Source of the DNA: a virus
Lineage: Duplodnaviria; Caudoviricetes
Length of the DNA stretch: 31,171 nt
Virus record (IMG/VR): IMGVR_UViG_3300032330_000367
Span: 1-31,171 of that record
Strand: one strand, 5' to 3'
Numbering within the stretch: position 1 is the stretch's first letter; the number at the start of each line of letters is the position of its first letter. The notes beneath the pieces were generated by a model. It saw only the letters and a program-made list of their open reading frames with translations, had not been told where the DNA came from and made no database searches. Both the position numbers and the translations under genes were made by a program. Positions 19,057 to 26,701 of the stretch are shown here, in pieces.

Positions 19057-19271
19057 ATCGGTGCGTCCTCTTCATTCTCAGGGTTGAACGGCAACTTGTC
19101 CAACGGCGTTGTGTTGTTCAGCTTGTTGGGGAAAGGCCAGTTGATGCGCTCATCCATGGCTTCCTCAATAGCTTTCTTTTTCTCCAAGTCTCTGCCAAAT
19201 ATGGCATCCCAACGACTTGCGTATTCTTCGTTCGACACAGCGAACGGGCGTGGCACTGACCCTTTGCTCAT
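19053..19271 (-). CDS. Small hypothetical protein (MSKGSxPRP...WDxIF)
   Basis: Start re-assigned to the ATG after SD AAGGAG, just past the polymerase stop. Confidence 0.7.
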   Translation of the reverse strand: MSKGSVPRPFAVSNEEYASRWDAIFGRDLEKKKAIEEAMDERINWPFPNKLNNTTPLDKLPFNPENEEDAPI

Positions 19272-19281
19272 TTCATTCTCC

Positions 19282-21099
19282 TTAACAATCACCATAACTC
19301 GGTCCATATCCTGCTTCGCAGTTAAGCGGCAACTCCATGCCCCAATCAGGGCGTGTGCGCATGCACATCTCAACGTACTCGGTAGCGGTTTCAACGTGCT
19401 CTGTCGGCACAACACAAGCGATCGCGTCATGCACAGTCATCACAACTCTGTATTTCTTGGCAACCATAAGCATCTGATCGCCAATGATTATGCGAGCCAA
19501 GGCTTGGCACATGTTCTCAATCACCTTACCGCCATAGATGCGAGTCGGTATAACTGCCTTGCCCTTCTTGGTGTCGTACACCAGCTCAGCCTTGCCTTCC
19601 TCGTTCTCTACTAAGCGCAGGTTGGGGTAGCGCAGGTACAGACCATTGGGGAGCAGTACGCCATCATTGCCTTGTATCTTCAAGATACCGCCTCGGCCTA
19701 ATGTTGTTTGCTGATTCTGTAGTATCGCTTTGAGCGCCGTGGCAGCGGATTTCCATAACTCGGTAATCTTCGGGTACGTGGTGCGGTACGTGTCGATAAT
19801 GCGTTTTGCTTCCTCAAGTTCAATCGCCACATTGAAGTTCTTAAGTTGGGCTTGAAACTTTGCCGCACCCATTCCATAGCCACACCCAAGGATGGTGGTC
19901 TTACCAACGAACCTTTCGTCCTTTGTGATGTCATTAACGCTCTTGCCATAAATAGCAGATGCCATGATTTTGTATACGTCCTCGCCACGATCAAATGCCT
20001 CCACTAAGTCATTCTGTTCCGCAAGCCATGCGAGCGTACGTGCTTCAATTTGTGATGAATCTGAATCAATGATCGAATACCCGTCCGGGGCAAGTATTGC
20101 CTTCTTCAGCGGTGAGTTGCGTTGTAAGTTTTGCAAGTTGAGTTTGTCATCCCCGCCCCAACGCCCAGTGTGTGCGGCGTAGTAGCGTAGCGGTACAGGT
20201 AGCGCACCGCGCTCAGCGATGCCCATGAACCGAGCTGTCCTTGTCTCTTCAATCGTAGACTTAGTACCGAGTCGTGCGCCGACTAAAGCTTGAACTTGTG
20301 GGTTTGGATGCTCAAGCAACTCTTTGAACGCTTCGTCTGTCTTAGAGAACGCATAGGTCTGCTTGCCTGTCGCGGGGCTTGTCTTCATCGGAGGCGTAAT
20401 GCCGTACGCAATCAATATCTCCGCAAACTTATTGTTGCTCATCAAGTCGTCTTTGGCAAAGTTCTCGAGCAGTTCTTCCTTGCGGATTCTTTCAGTCAGC
20501 AAATGGGTTTTAAGAAGGACTTGATCTAAACGCAACACAGGCTCGGTGAACATGCGCACAGTCAGATCAATGAGTCGCAACTCAGTCGGCGGGAAGTTTG
20601 TAGCCATTGCATTAAACAACGCATAGGTAAGGGCAACGTCGTTCTTGCAGTACTCGCCATACCTTTGTAGCTGTTCGGGGCTGAAGTCCTGACGCCGCAG
20701 ACCTAGCGCATTTTCAACCTCGGTCCCCTTCTCGCCAAGATCGTAATGATTTGCCAGCACCTTCAAGCTACCGCCTACTTGAGTGCCATGCAAAGCCCTG
20801 CCCATGGACAAAGTATCAAGCCAACCTTTGGGGCTGAGTCCGAAGACCCATTGCAAAATTGCGCCGTCGAACGGAGCGTTGTGGGCTAGCGCAAGGGAAT
20901 TCCCCCAATCGAATCGGGTAAGGAACTGGTGCATGGATTCAGCATCGCCGCTGAACCATTCGGGTTCACCATCGTTGATCTGTACGGCTACGCCGATAGT
21001 CTCAAACTGCGGGCTACGAACGTACTCCTCAGTGGTAACTTTTGTTAGGGAGAACTCACGGGAATAGTAAGTCTCAAAGTCGATCGTGAGAATGTTCAT
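19282..21099 (-). CDS. polA: Phage family-A DNA polymerase with 3'-5' exonuclease and no 5'-3' exonuclease
   Basis: Exo I DFET, HNAPFD, TGRW..NLQN, motif A DSSQIEAR, motif B RFVGKTTILGCGYG and motif C VHD. Confidence 0.93.
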   Translation of the reverse strand: MNILTIDFETYYSREFSLTKVTTEEYVRSPQFETIGVAVQINDGEPEWFSGDAESMHQFLTRFDWGNSLALAHNAPFDGAILQWVFGLSPKGWLDTLSMGRALHGTQVGGSLKVLANHYDLGEKGTEVENALGLRRQDFSPEQLQRYGEYCKNDVALTYALFNAMATNFPPTELRLIDLTVRMFTEPVLRLDQVLLKTHLLTERIRKEELLENFAKDDLMSNNKFAEILIAYGITPPMKTSPATGKQTYAFSKTDEAFKELLEHPNPQVQALVGARLGTKSTIEETRTARFMGIAERGALPVPLRYYAAHTGRWGGDDKLNLQNLQRNSPLKKAILAPDGYSIIDSDSSQIEARTLAWLAEQNDLVEAFDRGEDVYKIMASAIYGKSVNDITKDERFVGKTTILGCGYGMGAAKFQAQLKNFNVAIELEEAKRIIDTYRTTYPKITELWKSAATALKAILQNQQTTLGRGGILKIQGNDGVLLPNGLYLRYPNLRLVENEEGKAELVYDTKKGKAVIPTRIYGGKVIENMCQALARIIIGDQMLMVAKKYRVVMTVHDAIACVVPTEHVETATEYVEMCMRTRPDWGMELPLNCEAGYGPSYGDC

Positions 21100-21587
21100 T
21101 ATGGAATCATCCCTGTTTTTCTTGCGTAATCTTCGGGCGACAAACCTAGCTTTTGCGCTATTTTTAGTTGTGATGAATTAAGCGTGAATGTTGTAGGTTT
21201 CGGATTAGCAAACTGCTTCTCAAGTAGCCTTAGCGATTCGTTTGTAATTTGGTTTATGGTGAGTGGTTTGCCGTAGTACTCTTTCTTACTAAAGTCTTCG
21301 TACTTGGGCTCTTCCAACAACTTACTCATGATGCCCTGATCGAACCTTGCACGCATCATTTCTTTAAAGCCCTCAATCAAAGCGGTCTGCTCGGCTTTGG
21401 TGAACAAGTGCCAATCGTCCCACTTAACCTTGTCTCCACGTACTATGTCACGCATAAGGTCAGCGAACATACCGAACTTAGGCTCGTCGTCGGAGTGGTA
21501 GCTAGTCACAAAGTCCTCGGGGTTGTTCTGCATGCGCTCAAGCAAAATCTTCACGCCTTGACTAAATTCTTTTTCAATTGGTTTCAT
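21099..21587 (-). CDS. Hypothetical protein, RM..xPEDF paralog 1
   Basis: GVKILLERMQNNPEDF; overlapping junctions with neighbours. Confidence 0.75.
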   Translation of the reverse strand: MKPIEKEFSQGVKILLERMQNNPEDFVTSYHSDDEPKFGMFADLMRDIVRGDKVKWDDWHLFTKAEQTALIEGFKEMMRARFDQGIMSKLLEEPKYEDFSKKEYYGKPLTINQITNESLRLLEKQFANPKPTTFTLNSSQLKIAQKLGLSPEDYARKTGMIP

Positions 21588-22018
21588 GGTTGTATCCCGA
21601 TCGCGCCTTGTAATGGGTTTTTTCCGTATATTGATCGTGGGTCGGTGTATCCGGAAAGCATGCCGCTTTGTAATGCTTGCTGACTGTTCACCATTGATTG
21701 GGCTAGGTTTTTGTAATAAGCCCTAGAAACCACCCCATCCTCTATGTCTTCTCGAGTAGTTGGGTTGATTGTCTGTTGCATGATCTGAGCAAGTAACTTT
21801 TTACGATCGCGTTGCATCTGACATTCTTTCCAGTACTTGCGTATCATCTTGCGTTCTGTGCTTGTGTACGGGTTACGTTCATTGTCGGCAATCTCAACGA
21901 GCTTCTTCCAACCTGTGCCGTAGTCAAAGTCCTCGGGGCGTTCCTTCATGCGTGTGAGCATTAGCTGTACTTCCGTAGAGCAACGCTTGACTAAAAGTTT
22001 TTCGATCATTTGAACCAC
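21584..22018 (-). CDS. Hypothetical protein, RM..xPEDF paralog 2
   Basis: EVQLMLTRMKERPEDF. Confidence 0.75.
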   Translation of the reverse strand: MVQMIEKLLVKRCSTEVQLMLTRMKERPEDFDYGTGWKKLVEIADNERNPYTSTERKMIRKYWKECQMQRDRKKLLAQIMQQTINPTTREDIEDGVVSRAYYKNLAQSMVNSQQALQSGMLSGYTDPRSIYGKNPLQGAIGIQP

Positions 22019-22371
22019 CCTGTTCCTGTTGCTACTGCTTTAACGTTCTTTATGTCGTCTTCGGTGAGTGTTTGGTTACCAATCGACAAAGTGTTTGCCA
22101 TTTGGACACCGCCATTGCTTATCTGATACCTACCACTTAGAGTACCCTCCATCTCTTCTTTGAGTAGTTCTTTCACTACCAAGGTGTCGAACTCTTTACG
22201 TCGTACTTCTTTGAGCGCCTCATGCAATGCGCCCTTCTCGGGCTCGGTCAGCACCTCACGAAAGTTTGCGGCAAACATAAACCGCCACTTGGGTGCATCC
22301 CCAAAAAATTCTTCGGGGTTTGATTCCATACGTGCTACCAAGGTACGCACTCCGCTACACATTTCACTCAT
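22006..22371 (-). CDS. Hypothetical protein, RM..xPEEF paralog 3
   Basis: GVRTLVARMESNPEEF. Confidence 0.75.
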   Translation of the reverse strand: MSEMCSGVRTLVARMESNPEEFFGDAPKWRFMFAANFREVLTEPEKGALHEALKEVRRKEFDTLVVKELLKEEMEGTLSGRYQISNGGVQMANTLSIGNQTLTEDDIKNVKAVATGTGWFK

Positions 22372-22586
22372 GTTGGTTCCTTTAAAAGTTTCATCATTCC
22401 AATTGCTTCGGCTCGGTCTACTTTGTTGGCTAAGGTCGTACTGGTACGCCTACCATTGTCTGCGTATTCCCATTTGTATATGCTGTACTTGCCGTACCTT
22501 GCTTTCATGTGGTACTCGGTGCGTGGGAAGTACTTGCGCAGTAGGTCGTCAATTACTTGTTGTTCTAGGAGGGAACTGGTGGTCAT
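22368..22586 (-). CDS. Hypothetical protein
   Basis: 72 aa with ATGA overlaps on both sides. Confidence 0.7.
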   Translation of the reverse strand: MTTSSLLEQQVIDDLLRKYFPRTEYHMKARYGKYSIYKWEYADNGRRTSTTLANKVDRAEAIGMMKLLKEPT

Positions 22587-22879
22587 TCAGATTCCTTAGC
22601 AAGCCATGCGGCTAAGTCTGCTACGTTTGTTTCGTATATGACCGCAGTTTTGCCACCTGATTCTCGGATAGCCTTAAGGTTCTTCTCTTGTAGCGCAGTG
22701 GTTGTGCCCTTACCCGCCTTGGCTTCGATCGCTAGGAACTTGCCGTTGACGCAACAGAGAAAGTCGGGGACGCCACTGTTGCCGTAGCCTGTGCCAATCG
22801 GCATAGCGTAGTAGACGTTGTGGGCTTTGAGGATTGCCTTGATCTTTGCCTTGACCTTGGCCTCGGGTGTGGTTGCCAT
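22583..22879 (-). CDS. VRR-NUC domain nuclease / putative Holliday junction resolvase
   Basis: TPEAKVK...GVPDFL...FLAIEAKA...TALQ, a PD-(D/E)XK pattern. Confidence 0.85.
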   Translation of the reverse strand: MATTPEAKVKAKIKAILKAHNVYYAMPIGTGYGNSGVPDFLCCVNGKFLAIEAKAGKGTTTALQEKNLKAIRESGGKTAVIYETNVADLAAWLAKESE

Positions 22880-22907
22880 CTAATACTCCAGTTGTTTTCG
22901 AGTCTTG

Positions 22908-22935
22908 ATGATAGCATGGGATTTGACAAAGTCAA
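22908..22935 (-). promoter_or_regulatory. sigma70-type promoter TTGACT-N16-TATCAT
   Basis: Both hexamers match 5/6. It lies between a terminator and VRR-NUC and shares TTGACWTTGTCAAA with the promoter at 15362-15389. Confidence 0.75.
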
Positions 22936-22947
22936 TAGTACAGACGT

Positions 22948-22970
22948 AAAAAAGCCACCCGAAGGTGGCT
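22948..22970 (-). terminator. Intrinsic terminator with a UUCG tetraloop
   Basis: The minus strand reads AGCCACC-TTCG-GGTGGCT-TTTTT. Confidence 0.9.
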
Positions 22971-22997
22971 AGTGGTTTCCCTAACTTCTAACAAATG

Positions 22998-23516
22998 TTA
23001 GGACAGGCTGTTGATCTCGCGGTTCAAATACCACAACGCTTTCTCAAGGTCTTGCTTGCGGTTGCCTTTGTGGTCGGCACGAGTGATGTACTTCACCACG
23101 TTGCCAAGGTTGTACCCGAGCTTCTTCGCTTCAATGAAGTCGATTGTTTCGATTCCACCTACTTTGTAATGAGCAGGGTGATTCACGGGATCAGGTTTTG
23201 GTTCAAACATCTCGATCTGTTTGTCGGATGAAGTCGTGCTAATGGTTCTCCACACTTCGACCGCGCCTTGCAATACTTGCTTTTGTGTTTTGAGTGCTTT
23301 AGCCAGCTTAGCTTTATTGGTCATGTCCTTTTTCTTTTGCATGCCGCTTTTCTGTTTCATCTTCCACACAATTGAGTACACGTACTGAAGCCCAGTACCA
23401 ACTGCTTTGGCTACTTCAGGAGGCGTAGCCTTGGGGTTCTCTGCAATGTACTTACGGATTTTGTCAGCCTTGGACATAGGCTTGCTTGCGGTTAAAGTTG
23501 TTGCTAATTCAATCAT
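22998..23516 (-). CDS. HTH plus DUF3310 (SaV / T7 gp1.7-like) fusion protein
   Basis: N-terminal ATPPEVAKAVGTGLQYVYSI HTH; C-terminal DPVNHPAHY..GGIETIDFI...GNVVKYITRA..K...QDLEKALWYL. Confidence 0.85.
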   Translation of the reverse strand: MIELATTLTASKPMSKADKIRKYIAENPKATPPEVAKAVGTGLQYVYSIVWKMKQKSGMQKKKDMTNKAKLAKALKTQKQVLQGAVEVWRTISTTSSDKQIEMFEPKPDPVNHPAHYKVGGIETIDFIEAKKLGYNLGNVVKYITRADHKGNRKQDLEKALWYLNREINSLS

Positions 23517-23719
23517 GGTGTTTCCTTGGTTTGGTTGTTAACGTACTCGGTAAGAATTTCTCGCATCTTGGCTTGCTTTGTATACGCAAAGTTTGTGTTG
23601 AAGTAATCCATCACATCCTTTGGTAGACGCAAGCTCGTACAGAAAAGTGCGGGTTTCTTACCAAGCCCCCGCCCTTTCTTTTTTTGTTCCGGTTTCAAGT
23701 ATTCAATCCCTGTTGTCAT
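23513..23719 (-). CDS. Ribbon-helix-helix protein (BrnA-like)
   Basis: GRG.GKKP...TSLRLPKDVMDYF...QAKMREILTEYV. Confidence 0.7.
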   Translation of the reverse strand: MTTGIEYLKPEQKKKGRGLGKKPALFCTSLRLPKDVMDYFNTNFAYTKQAKMREILTEYVNNQTKETP

Positions 23720-23879
23720 TCAGTATCCTTTCATAATATTTTTTAGGGAACGGCGCTCTCTTTTCCAGCTCGGCACGTAGCCACTCGGAACTGCCGAGCT
23801 GTTTGAATATTAACCATTGCCGATCACTCATCCGCACGTATCTAACTTTTAGTGGCTCAGGCGGTTTCGGTCTTGGCAT
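23703..23879 (-). CDS. Small putative ribbon-helix-helix protein (58 aa, not in ORF track)
   Basis: Hand-translated MPRPKPPEPLKVRYVRMSDRQWLIFKQLGSSEWLRAELEKR...; exactly fills the gap between its neighbours. Confidence 0.65.
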   Translation of the reverse strand: MPRPKPPEPLKVRYVRMSDRQWLIFKQLGSSEWLRAELEKRAPFPKKYYERILNDNRD

Positions 23880-24057
23880 TTTTTAAGTTCCTCCTCGTTA
23901 CTCTGTTAGCCCAACATGCTGAGCATGACCATCGGGTCGGTGACAACTCGATGCCCCCCTCGGGGGGTCGCATCTCTTCGCATTTGGTACACAGCTTGTA
24001 CTTGTGTATTGGTTGCTTACTACCAATCTCAAGTTGATGCCGTGTGAACCCATTCAT
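23857..24057 (-). CDS. Small zinc-finger protein
   Basis: CTKC...CSAC; ATGA overlap. Confidence 0.7.
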   Translation of the reverse strand: MNGFTRHQLEIGSKQPIHKYKLCTKCEEMRPPEGGIELSPTRWSCSACWANRVTRRNLKNAKTETA

Positions 24058-24335
24058 TTGTCAACCCCTTTCATCATCAACAACATCGTCAGCGCATCTG
24101 TCAATGACTCGCCCTCTTTGATTACGTACATCTCAGTAATCCAATCGGGTCTGTGGCTTTTTGTGGTTGGTTGGTACGTGCGCACTGATAACACTCGCCC
24201 ATTGATTGCGTGGTTGATACCAATCTGCACACTGTTTTCGGACATGGCTTCAGCTTCGACTACTGCGTTTGTTCGCAACTTAAGGCCGTCACTGTGCAAC
24301 CAATTTCTAATCCAACTTTTAATGCTCATCTTCAA
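24054..24335 (-). CDS. Hypothetical protein
   Basis: 93 aa with SD AAGGAG. Confidence 0.7.
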   Translation of the reverse strand: MKMSIKSWIRNWLHSDGLKLRTNAVVEAEAMSENSVQIGINHAINGRVLSVRTYQPTTKSHRPDWITEMYVIKEGESLTDALTMLLMMKGVDK

Positions 24336-24513
24336 TCACTCCTTCTAATATGAAACTAATCCTGTCGAGCATGTCGGCTCGATCTCCAAACTGTCTCGGG
24401 TTGCCTAGCACTCGGTCGATCTCAACCAACGCAAGGTAATACTCTTCACCTCGTAACGCATGCTTGAGCTTGGCTTCATCTTGTGGATACGTGAACTCAA
24501 GCACGGCTTTCAT
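24319..24513 (-). CDS. Hypothetical protein (MKAVLEF..P.D type)
   Basis: Start re-assigned to the ATG at 24513 after AAGGGG. Confidence 0.7.
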   Translation of the reverse strand: MKAVLEFTYPQDEAKLKHALRGEEYYLALVEIDRVLGNPRQFGDRADMLDRISFILEGVIEDEH

Positions 24514-24682
24514 ACGCTGCCCCTTTGGTGATGCGTATAAGCAAGCGAGCCTTACGCCATGTCCTTCGCACATCGGTAGCGGCGGCGGGAATCCACTTGA
24601 ACTTGGGGTGATTGTGGTCACGCAAGGGGATAGCCTTCGAACTGTATTTCAACTCTGACATTTCATTCTCCTTCTCTAACAT
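24497..24682 (-). CDS. Small hypothetical protein (PAAATDVRRTWRK)
   Basis: The start is either the ATG inside the palindrome (24682) or the ATG at 24661 after AAGGAG. Confidence 0.7.
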   Translation of the reverse strand: MLEKENEMSELKYSSKAIPLRDHNHPKFKWIPAAATDVRRTWRKARLLIRITKGAAYESRA

Positions 24683-24685
24683 CTG

Positions 24686-25540
24686 TTAGGTTTCATCGAC
24701 CAACAACACAAAGATTTCACTCGTCACCTTGCAACCTATGTCGGTGAGATACTGCTCATCCTCTACCAACTTCAGCATGCCTACCTTCATACGCATATCT
24801 TGAGGGAGCGTATTATCATCGTACATGTCCACCTTGTCACCTACTTTAACTAGGTACTTACCCAAGTCTTTGACTACTAGCGCAGTCTTATTGTTGCCAA
24901 ACTGTTCCTGCACTTTCTCGATAGTCTTCATCTCGGTGTCGAGTACCTCTAGCTTTTCGATGCTATTGCTTATGGTATTGCGCGTAGTACTAGATGCTTC
25001 CTTCTCGACGAACTCCAAGAACATTGCATAGCCCTTGCTCTCAGCCCATCTCAGCATCTCACCTTGCACCATACCTTTGTGGTTGTTGCGCTCACGCTCT
25101 TTGTTCCAGCTTGCTCGAGTCACTACACGTTCTGCCGCATCCTTAGCCTTCTGTATACGCTCATTGGGATTCATCTTGCCGAACATCTTCTTCGCCATGA
25201 GTACGGCTTTTTCTGCATCTTGCGTACGATAAGAGTCGCTACGTTGTCTGCCCTTACCAATACGATCGTTGGCAATAGCAATCACTTGCCCACGGCTACC
25301 CATGTAGCTCGTACCAATCGTACCCAAAGTCTCACCATCTAGCTTGACTACGAAGTCAGACACCTTGTAGTTGTCACCCATACTGTATGACCTACCCATA
25401 GCCACGAATGTCCAAAGCGGATTGAGCGTAGCCAGTCGGCTAATCACAGGCTCGATGATGGGGTGCACTCCAACGACTTTACTGCGGTGCTTCTCCAACT
25501 CTTCGTTAAACACCACGTTGCTCAGTTCTAATGTATTCAT
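24686..25540 (-). CDS. Hypothetical protein (284 aa)
   Basis: Long ORF with SD AGGAG, flanked on both sides by palindrome copies. Confidence 0.85.
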   Translation of the reverse strand: MNTLELSNVVFNEELEKHRSKVVGVHPIIEPVISRLATLNPLWTFVAMGRSYSMGDNYKVSDFVVKLDGETLGTIGTSYMGSRGQVIAIANDRIGKGRQRSDSYRTQDAEKAVLMAKKMFGKMNPNERIQKAKDAAERVVTRASWNKERERNNHKGMVQGEMLRWAESKGYAMFLEFVEKEASSTTRNTISNSIEKLEVLDTEMKTIEKVQEQFGNNKTALVVKDLGKYLVKVGDKVDMYDDNTLPQDMRMKVGMLKLVEDEQYLTDIGCKVTSEIFVLLVDET

Positions 25541-25565
25541 ACTCAGTTACTCCTAACAAATGTTA

Positions 25566-26414
25566 TTACCACTCAAACTTACCCAAGATTTCATCAACCT
25601 TGGACTTCAAATTCTCACGCACCACGGGACTGTCTTTGACTTCATCAATGTCAGCACCAAGCATGGCTAGCTCTACTTGCCTACGTGCATCCTCCAACTT
25701 GGGGTCGTTAGTGATGTTCAGCTTTGTCAACAACTCACACAACTCCAATGGGTTGGTAATCAATGAGTCGTGATAACGCTTCTTCCCGTCTCCGTTATCT
25801 TCCAACTTCTTGGACATACCCAAGAGAACTTCGTGCAGGCGTTCCCATGGTGTACGCATCGCTTCGGCCAGCTTCTCAGAATACTGTGACTCGTATGCCG
25901 ATCTCATTTCCTCCAAGTCATGCGCGGGAATGTCTAAGCGAAAGTCACCAGCCTCGGGCAACGGCTTCACGCTACGACGAAAGCTGAACTTCTTCCTAAC
26001 TTCTGTTAGGTCGGGGTAATCCTCTGCCTTGTAAAGCGCACCCAAGTTGACCTTGGCTTCTTCCACCAATGTCTCGTACTCATCAAAGAAGTTATCGCAC
26101 AACATGTTGAACGTACGCTCGTATCCATTCATGGTCTGCTTGTAGTCCATGAACAACTTGGTCGGCAACATACGCTCACCTTTGTCTGCCCATGGCAGGG
26201 TGTGCTGATTGTTATAGAGTCGAACCCTTGCGGCGAACTTCTCAATGTCTGCTCGTAGGCTTGTACCCGCAAACAGATTCTTTTTCGTTTGGGATGCGTC
26301 TTTATGTGCAGACGCATTGGCGTTGACCTGACTCGTTATTTCACGATCAATCTTGGCGGCAGGCCAAACGCTGATGTTCAACTCGACTAATACTGCTGAT
26401 GCGCTAATACTCAT
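25566..26414 (-). CDS. DUF3150-like helical protein
   Basis: LVELNISVW.A.K.D N-terminus, YP...EV..KF.F motif and LTKLNITND.L. It co-occurs with AAA and VWA genes. The family assignment is from memory of the pattern. Confidence 0.55.
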   Translation of the reverse strand: MSISASAVLVELNISVWPAAKIDREITSQVNANASAHKDASQTKKNLFAGTSLRADIEKFAARVRLYNNQHTLPWADKGERMLPTKLFMDYKQTMNGYERTFNMLCDNFFDEYETLVEEAKVNLGALYKAEDYPDLTEVRKKFSFRRSVKPLPEAGDFRLDIPAHDLEEMRSAYESQYSEKLAEAMRTPWERLHEVLLGMSKKLEDNGDGKKRYHDSLITNPLELCELLTKLNITNDPKLEDARRQVELAMLGADIDEVKDSPVVRENLKSKVDEILGKFEW

Positions 26415-26415
26415 T

Positions 26416-26667
26416 TCATTTCTCCTGTGGTTTTCCGGCTAACTTAGCCATTTGATAATGTGAATCGCTGATGATGCTCATGTTGAACGCTGAATCGTTC
26501 GGATACACGTGGTAGGTATAAGTCTCAGTCATACCAAACTCCGCACGTTTGGCGTCAGTCCAATACTTTGCTTCGTATACCTCCGCACCCTCTAAGCACT
26601 CGACCAAAAGCATCGCCTTCTCTTTGGGCATAACTAACTTTTTGTAACCAACATCTACTACTACCAT
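26416..26667 (-). CDS. Hypothetical protein (83 aa)
   Basis: Start re-assigned to MVVVDVG after SD AGGAGG. Confidence 0.75.
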   Translation of the reverse strand: MVVVDVGYKKLVMPKEKAMLLVECLEGAEVYEAKYWTDAKRAEFGMTETYTYHVYPNDSAFNMSIISDSHYQMAKLAGKPQEK

Positions 26668-26701
26668 CTGATACCTCCTAACATTTGTTATAAACAACCA
26701 T

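Noticed and set aside
23513-23879. BrnT/BrnA toxin-antitoxin pair
   Set aside because: The upstream neighbour looks like another RHH protein, not a BrnT RNase.
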